A DNA stretch of 57,210 bases, counting the filler, from Trypethelium eluteriae (lineage: Eukaryota), in NCBI GenBank assembly GCA_051942245.1. It is 2 parts of 2 records of this genome, joined end to end, with 100 filler letters (N's around TTAATTAATTAA, not from the genome) between each part and the next. Parts side by side here need not be neighbours in the genome. Positions count along the whole stretch, not along the records: positions 28,695 to 57,210 come from JAVECL010000309.1; 1 more part is not named here. One strand, 5' to 3'. The notes beneath the pieces were generated by a model. The model ran no database searches, had not been told where the DNA came from, and saw nothing but the letters and a program-made list of their open reading frames with translations. Below, one piece after another: positions 51,719 through 57,210 of this stretch. A program made the translations under genes and the position numbers. How positions within the stretch are numbered: position 1 is the stretch's first letter; each line of letters opens with the position of its first letter.

Positions 51719-53194
51719 TTACACCACTAATCTTCCAGGCTCCCGCTCTAAAACAAGTTTGATGCGTTGGAGGAATGTTTGGGCTCGGTCCTTTTCCGCT
51801 TTTGGCACGGAGAGGGAGAAGACATTTACGGGGACCACCGTAGCAGCCGTAGACGCATCTAGAGGCTGTCTCGCCGTCGATTTATTGGTTTCGGTAAGTA
51901 GATCGTAGATGTCAGATTGTGGTTTGCGGAATGTCGGTTCCTTAGTAGACACACTTGGATCGAATGATGAGAGGCGAGGGGCGTAATGCCCCCGAGATAC
52001 TTTTGGAATCTTCGAAACGCTCGAACCGAGAACGTCGTAAAATAACTCGTCTGAAGTAGGGGACAGGTTCTTTCGCGGTAGGTCGTCATTGGCAACATCA
52101 GATGCACGAGCGATCAGTGTAGAGAGAGGAAGATGGATATTGAGGGTATCCTCGATCCTTTTCTGGCATGCCACAGCTGCGGCAAGGTCGATTGGCAGCA
52201 CGACTTCGACAGGCAAATCGGGCACGTCTTTTGGTAATTGCTCGGCAACAGTCTTCTTAGCTGGTCCTGCCGCTTTCTTTGGAGCGAGCTGGATGTTGCT
52301 GAGGTCCAAATGACCAAGTTGATTTATCCTCTGAGATTGCGCTGCAGAGTACGATTTATCGATCTGGCCGAGATATGCGAGCACGTCACCCTTCAGTAAG
52401 CGCCCACTTGGTCCCGAAGCGGGTATCTTATCAGCGTCCTCCTTAGATAATCCCTTTGCATGAAGGAGGTGTTCAACAGACGGATACAAAGGATATGCTT
52501 GCTTCTGGGGTTTGGCTCCGGTTGACGAAGCAGGGCCTTTCGTTGTATTGGCTGCACCGCCTGCTGCAGCATCTGCATTCGGTTTTGATGACGGAGGGCT
52601 TTCAGCAGCAGACTCTGAGCCTTCTGTTCGATCAATGCCTGACGATATTTCTTCTTGCGGTGAAGGGCGATCTTGCCGACGTGGCTGGCCCTCCTGCGGT
52701 TTGGCTTCGCTCTCCGCAGGAATCTCTAGGGTCGGAATGTCGTCGCCAGGTTCGGCGATGACCGCTATTCGGGTACCGACTTTAACAGACTTGGTGCCAT
52801 CACCTTGCTGTTCACCATTTAGCATGAGTTATATCTCAACTTCGAGAGTCATACCGTTATCTTAGCCAATACCCCATCATCCTGCGCCTCAACATCCATC
52901 TGGGCCTTGTCCGTTTCAATCTCTAAAAGCACATCGCCAGCAGAGAAAGAATCGCCTTCTTTGACCTTCCAGCTGGCAATGTTACCTTCTGTCATTGTAG
53001 GCGACATTGCCGGCATTGTAAAACTCTGGGCTGAGAGGGCAGTTGAGGACGCATGGTAACCTAGAGCTACTGATGAGTAGAAGCATTGGATGATGGAGCT
53101 GACAAGAGGACGTACACCGTGAGCATTGCTGATTCCGGAGAGTTCCTCGTACAAGGCGTGTTGAGATTCGGCATGCGGTCGCAATTGAGGCCAT
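51719..53194 (-). CDS. PDX1: Pyruvate dehydrogenase complex protein X (E3-binding protein), multi-exon
   Basis: Mitochondrial presequence, lipoyl domain [51 protein letters not shown]3-binding segment [29 protein letters not shown], and fungal PDX1 C-terminus [18 protein letters not shown]. No acetyltransferase core. Confidence 0.92.
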
Positions 53195-53379
53195 TTCCCT
53201 GTGAAAGATAGCGACTTGAGTGGTTGCGATGGTGCCTGAGATAAAGATGTTGAGCTTGGAGATGTCGGGCTTGCACGGAGCCAGGCCGGGATCCGGGCAA
53301 TGGAGTAGCTTATTTTGTCCGACGCGTTCTCTCGTCCTCTATCCGTGTTTTTTCATCGATTCGCCGCTTGACAGACGCG

Positions 53380-54462
53380 ATGCCTCCTTTCTCGAGAGGC
53401 TATGCCATATTGATGAGGGTGCATAGGATCTCAACACGTCTTTCAAATTACCGCACAGCTTGCAAGCCTTACGATATTTTTTTCGCACGGAAACCTGCAA
53501 CTACATTTGAGCGCGCTCGATACTTTTCCAAAACACAAGGCCTCAAATACGCAGTTCCGGCAAAGAAACCCGCGCCACCAAAACAAAAGAGGCCTAAGAA
53601 GGAACATTTACAGTCCAGCTCTCGGTCCCACGACTCTAAGTTGCCGGCATCTGTCTTCAGAGCTTCCCAAACACCAAAGTCTGCTGCTGCCTATACAGGA
53701 GGAACATGGCAAGAGAAACTTTTAAGAAGCCCCACACCAACGCTTCTCTATCAGGGGCCATCGCAAGGTGTCTTCACTGCAGTATGCTTTACTGCAGGCG
53801 TGCTCTCCCTCGCTGGGGCGGCTTACACATACTATTTCTTCTATAAGCTGAATCCATTCGAAGACACACGTGGAGGGAAATTTGCAAGAGCAGCGGAAGG
53901 TCTTGGTAGTGTGGTCTTTGTATACTTGGGTCTCATAGGCATCATGCGGCCATTCCGTCTCATTAAGTCCATCACAGCCGTCCCTCTCAATGGAGTGGCT
54001 TCCCGCCAATTGGCTCTTGACATTGAGGCACAACCTTTGCTCCCATTCAAGAAGAAGGGCCGTATCGTCAGAAGGCTTAGAAGCGAGTTGACTCTGGACA
54101 ATTCCCTGGCCTTGCCACCAGAGACCACGCCTTTACTGAGAACAGAGAGTTATCCAGACCAAGCTAAAGCAGACCGAGCTTCGCAAGAAAAGGGAGGAGA
54201 ATATCAGCGAAATTACGGCCTACAATGGCCTTTTAGAAAGTTAGGCGGGGGCATTTCAAAGATATTCCTCTCGACTAAGAAGATGTTTTCAATAAATCAC
54301 TTGCGATACATAAAAGTATCTGGTAAGGGAACTTGGAAGCTCGATCTAGCAGGGTCGTGGACACTGGACAATGGACGTGGTAAGTGAATATTCGCCAACT
54401 CTATGTGAATCATGCTGATAGCTTGGACAGCTATTGATCAATTAATCAGCCTCTCAGACTGA
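53380..54462 (+). CDS. Putative mitochondrial inner-membrane protein, TMEM223/TMEM186-like; 2 exons (intron 54380-54430)
   Basis: Basic presequence-like N-terminus, PTLLYQGPS, two hydrophobic helices, then RLIKSITAVP. A GTAAGT..GCTGAT..CAG intron leads to a short last exon (IDQLISLSD*). The family label is inference. Confidence 0.65.
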
Positions 54463-55654
54463 GTATCTGTATGCTCGCAGATCTCTCGTAAGTAATTCAC
54501 AAGGAACAAATGGTATGCAGCAATTCCAGTTCGCACGCTGAAATCCCAGGCCCTCATCTGGCCCCTGTGCTTTTGCTGACTGAGTATCCGCAGATTACGA
54601 TGTCTCATGGCCATCGAGTAGAGTCACAATTGGCCTACGAGTTGTATGGGTTTTGCTTCGGGAACTAAATTCGATTCGAAAGACATTCAAGCATGAGGAA
54701 TGCGAGGGTCATCTCTGCCAAGGGCTACAAAGCGAATGTGAATAATCACATCCAGGCCTCTTTCAACTTCTAACCTCAATGGTCAAGTTGCATAATCTCC
54801 CTGGTACGTGTTATGAAACGAGTGATCTTCAAACCCTTTCCAACCCGTACGAGATGCATCGTACCCGCGTAAGCGGGGAATCGAATTTCAACATTTACAT
54901 CAATCTTGCTATTGGCCTGGACTTCAAAGTCTGTCACTCCAGTTTGGGTTCTTCCAAGGTCGTCCTGTCGCATGGCCATCTCACTATACACTGAACTGGT
55001 TATCATCGCCCTAGATCACCGAATCCGGGACAAGCCCGAGATAAATTGATATCAGGCAAATTATTCCGATCGCACCAACCCGTGTCTCGCAATCACAGTG
55101 AATATCCTGCAGTGTTTGCTCTTCAAAAGAAATAGGGAATGAGTACAGGAGAAGTCTACCTGAGATGCCCACAAATTTCCCAAAGCGTCAAGACAATTTA
55201 AAAAACGTATTGCAGTACATGAGCACTAATGTCGATCTGACGGCAATTTCTGAATTCATTAGCCCTACAATTTCCATGCTCCACTCATGACTAAAACTTT
55301 GGACTTTATATGTGAGGGCTTTGGAATTGGCGTCTCTTATCGTACAGCGTCACCCCACATGTCGGACTCTCAGTACGGAGTATTCCTCTTTACCTACATC
55401 TCTCGTGTAGTCCTTTGCCCCAGTCTGTCTCTACTTTATCATGATGACTTTGCGGGAAAGGCCCGTTTTGCAGCCCTCTCAAAGCGCAACAACTCTTCAA
55501 TCTAGTTTCGATGAGGCGAGGCCACTAGGTAAGGAGCGCCCCTCCCAAAGAGCATGTCAGCATTTACCTCAGTCCTCACTGTGACGAATTGGGATTTGCC
55601 GATGTCTCTCCAGATGCTTATCAATCTATAGTCGCTCAAACTTGGCCAGCTCTC

Positions 55655-57210
55655 ATGGGTGGAGCTAGTGCAAAGTGGAATACCTCTTACTGCGCTGCGA
55701 TATCTCCGGCGCAAACTATCTCGAAGAAAGAAGGGGTGAACTTAAAAAAATGCACGAGTCAAGATGATCTGTCGAAACCCAAATCCAGCCTCAAGCTCAG
55801 ACTGCGCCGCAGTCTGCCACTACTTAAGAATATTGTATTTTTGCATCTTCCACGAAAACCCTATAAACAGGACCTAGGCGCAACGACTAAATCGAATGCG
55901 ACCAATCCGAATACCAGAGATGCAAGATACGGTAGTGTGAAAGATATAAAATCGAGCAAGTCAGCCCGCAAACCACAGCGACATCGTCATCGACCATCTA
56001 CATCAACTGTGTCAACCTCGGCGACCAGAAGAGGCGCCTCCCACATGCGCAATATCTCTGGATCTACGAACGCATCCTCCGTCCACAAGCCCCTACCTAC
56101 AGTTCCAGGTGACTATTCAAAGACTGTTAACACTGAACGACCCGCTTCGAGCATTTACAGCCCTTCGGTCAAAGACTTGCCCCTGCCTGCAATTCAGGAA
56201 GAGCGCTTCGCCCCTCGTAGTGAGCTGCATTTGCGACCAGACAGCACCACTATTCTCAATATGCGGAACGACAATCCTTTCGAGGGAGAAGCAACTCAGA
56301 GAGAGTCTACTATTGCAGAAGAAGCACCAGACGATAACGGGAGCACCCACGTGCACTTCGCCGATCAAGCCTCAATCGTCTCAGCTCCAGCAGAACTCCA
56401 ATCAATGTATTACCAAAGCGACGAATCAGCGAGCGCCCTGACGATCACATCTCCCCCAATAATCTACCCTCGATCATCCTCACTCGTACCCTCACCACTT
56501 CACATCGCCCCAGTCACCAAAGCCACTGCTCTCGTCCCTTCCCCATGCGAAGCCGACCTGCCCACCGCCTACCTCGCCCTTCAACGCGAGAACGTGCACC
56601 TCCGCACTTCCGTCACTGAGCTTTCCGCCCTACATTCCAAGATCCAATCCCGCCTCCCCTCAACTCTGCGCCACCTCGAGACCGAGAACTCCTCCCTCCG
56701 CCATGCCCTCATCCAATCCGAGCACCGCTACACCACCCTCGCCGACTCCCTCACCGCCCTCGTCGCCCCCAACGGCTCCAGCGTCTCCCTCCCAAGCAGC
56801 CCTGCACTCACCTCCACCTCCTTTGCCTCCTCGCCCTACAGCAACCCGCGCCTCAGCACCAGCACCGGCGGCACCTCGAGCTCCAGCGGCACCCTCGTCT
56901 CGCCACGCAAGCACACCCGCTCGCTGCGTCAGCAACAGCACCAGCACCCTCATCTCAAGGACCCGCCTCCCCTTCCGCAGCTCCCACATCCGCCCCTCAC
57001 CGCCCCGCTACGCGTCCCGAATGTCGATAAGCTGCTGCATCCGCAGGCGAAGGCGAAGTACTACGAGAAGACGAGCGCGGCGCTGCCGGAGCGCCAGCGG
57101 CTGGTGCAGGCGCTGGGGCACCAGGAGGACGATCTGGAGCGTAATCGGGGGGAGATGCGGAGGGTGAAGGCGAGGGTGGGGCAGGCGGAGGAGGACATGG
57201 TGAAGGGGAT
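55655..57210 (+). CDS. Hypothetical Ser/Pro-rich protein with C-terminal coiled coils, 3'-truncated by the window edge; absent from the supplied ORF track
   Basis: Frame 2 is stop-free from 55529 to the window end, with the first ATG at 55655. Heptad-like segments AYLALQRENVHLRTSVTELS, LRHLETENSSLRHALIQSEHRY and LERNRGEMRRVKARVGQAEEDM. The true start may lie in an upstream exon. Confidence 0.7.
   Translation, partial: MGGASAKWNTSYCAAISPAQTISKKEGVNLKKCTSQDDLSKPKSSLKLRLRRSLPLLKNIVFLHLPRKPYKQDLGATTKSNATNPNTRDARYGSVKDIKSSKSARKPQRHRHRPSTSTVSTSATRRGASHMRNISGSTNASSVHKPLPTVPGDYSKTVNTERPASSIYSPSVKDLPLPAIQEERFAPRSELHLRPDSTTILNMRNDNPFEGEATQRESTIAEEAPDDNGSTHVHFADQASIVSAPAELQSMYYQSDESASALTITSPPIIYPRSSSLVPSPLHIAPVTKATALVPSPCEADLPTAYLALQRENVHLRTSVTELSALHSKIQSRLPSTLRHLETENSSLRHALIQSEHRYTTLADSLTALVAPNGSSVSLPSSPALTSTSFASSPYSNPRLSTSTGGTSSSSGTLVSPRKHTRSLRQQQHQHPHLKDPPPLPQLPHPPLTAPLRVPNVDKLLHPQAKAKYYEKTSAALPERQRLVQALGHQEDDLERNRGEMRRVKARVGQAEEDMVKG

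Noticed and set aside
1..57210. CRISPR arrays, rRNA genes, intact transposons or a secondary-metabolite gene cluster
   Set aside because: None seen. There is no repeat-spacer array, transposase/RT, PKS or NRPS, and the recognisable genes are functionally unrelated.

Overview
Intron-rich genomic DNA of a filamentous ascomycete (Pezizomycotina), judged from GT..AG introns with CTRAY branch sites and from fungal gene families. A 100-nt artificial spacer (44 N + TTAATTAATTAA + 44 N) at 28595-28694 splits the window. Recognisable genes, in order: 3' part of SSU72, a GPI-anchored yapsin-like aspartic protease, a DUF6594 membrane protein, proline dehydrogenase PUT1, a kinase-like gene, a Leu3/Sef1-family Zn2Cys6 factor and a ubiquitin-like/BAG-type co-chaperone (both cut by the gap), an ASG1-like Zn2Cys6 factor, Ap4A phosphorylase APA2, a Myb-like domain protein, a SesA-NACHT (NLR-like) gene, a secreted type-B carboxylesterase, PDX1, a TMEM223-like mitochondrial membrane protein, and a long coiled-coil ORF running off the end. 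About 6.4-19 kb and 21-25 kb hold mostly decayed coding remnants. Four observations stand out: (1) a 168-codon in-frame extension of the BAG-type gene that ends in a hydrophobic segment and has no AUG in any frame, a candidate non-AUG isoform; (2) four GC-rich islands that all switch from C-rich to G-rich on the + strand regardless of gene orientation; (3) a frame break between the SesA and NACHT domains that only an alternative splice acceptor repairs; (4) an inverted decayed paralog of the kinase-like gene. All calls come from reading the sequence by eye; no searches were run.
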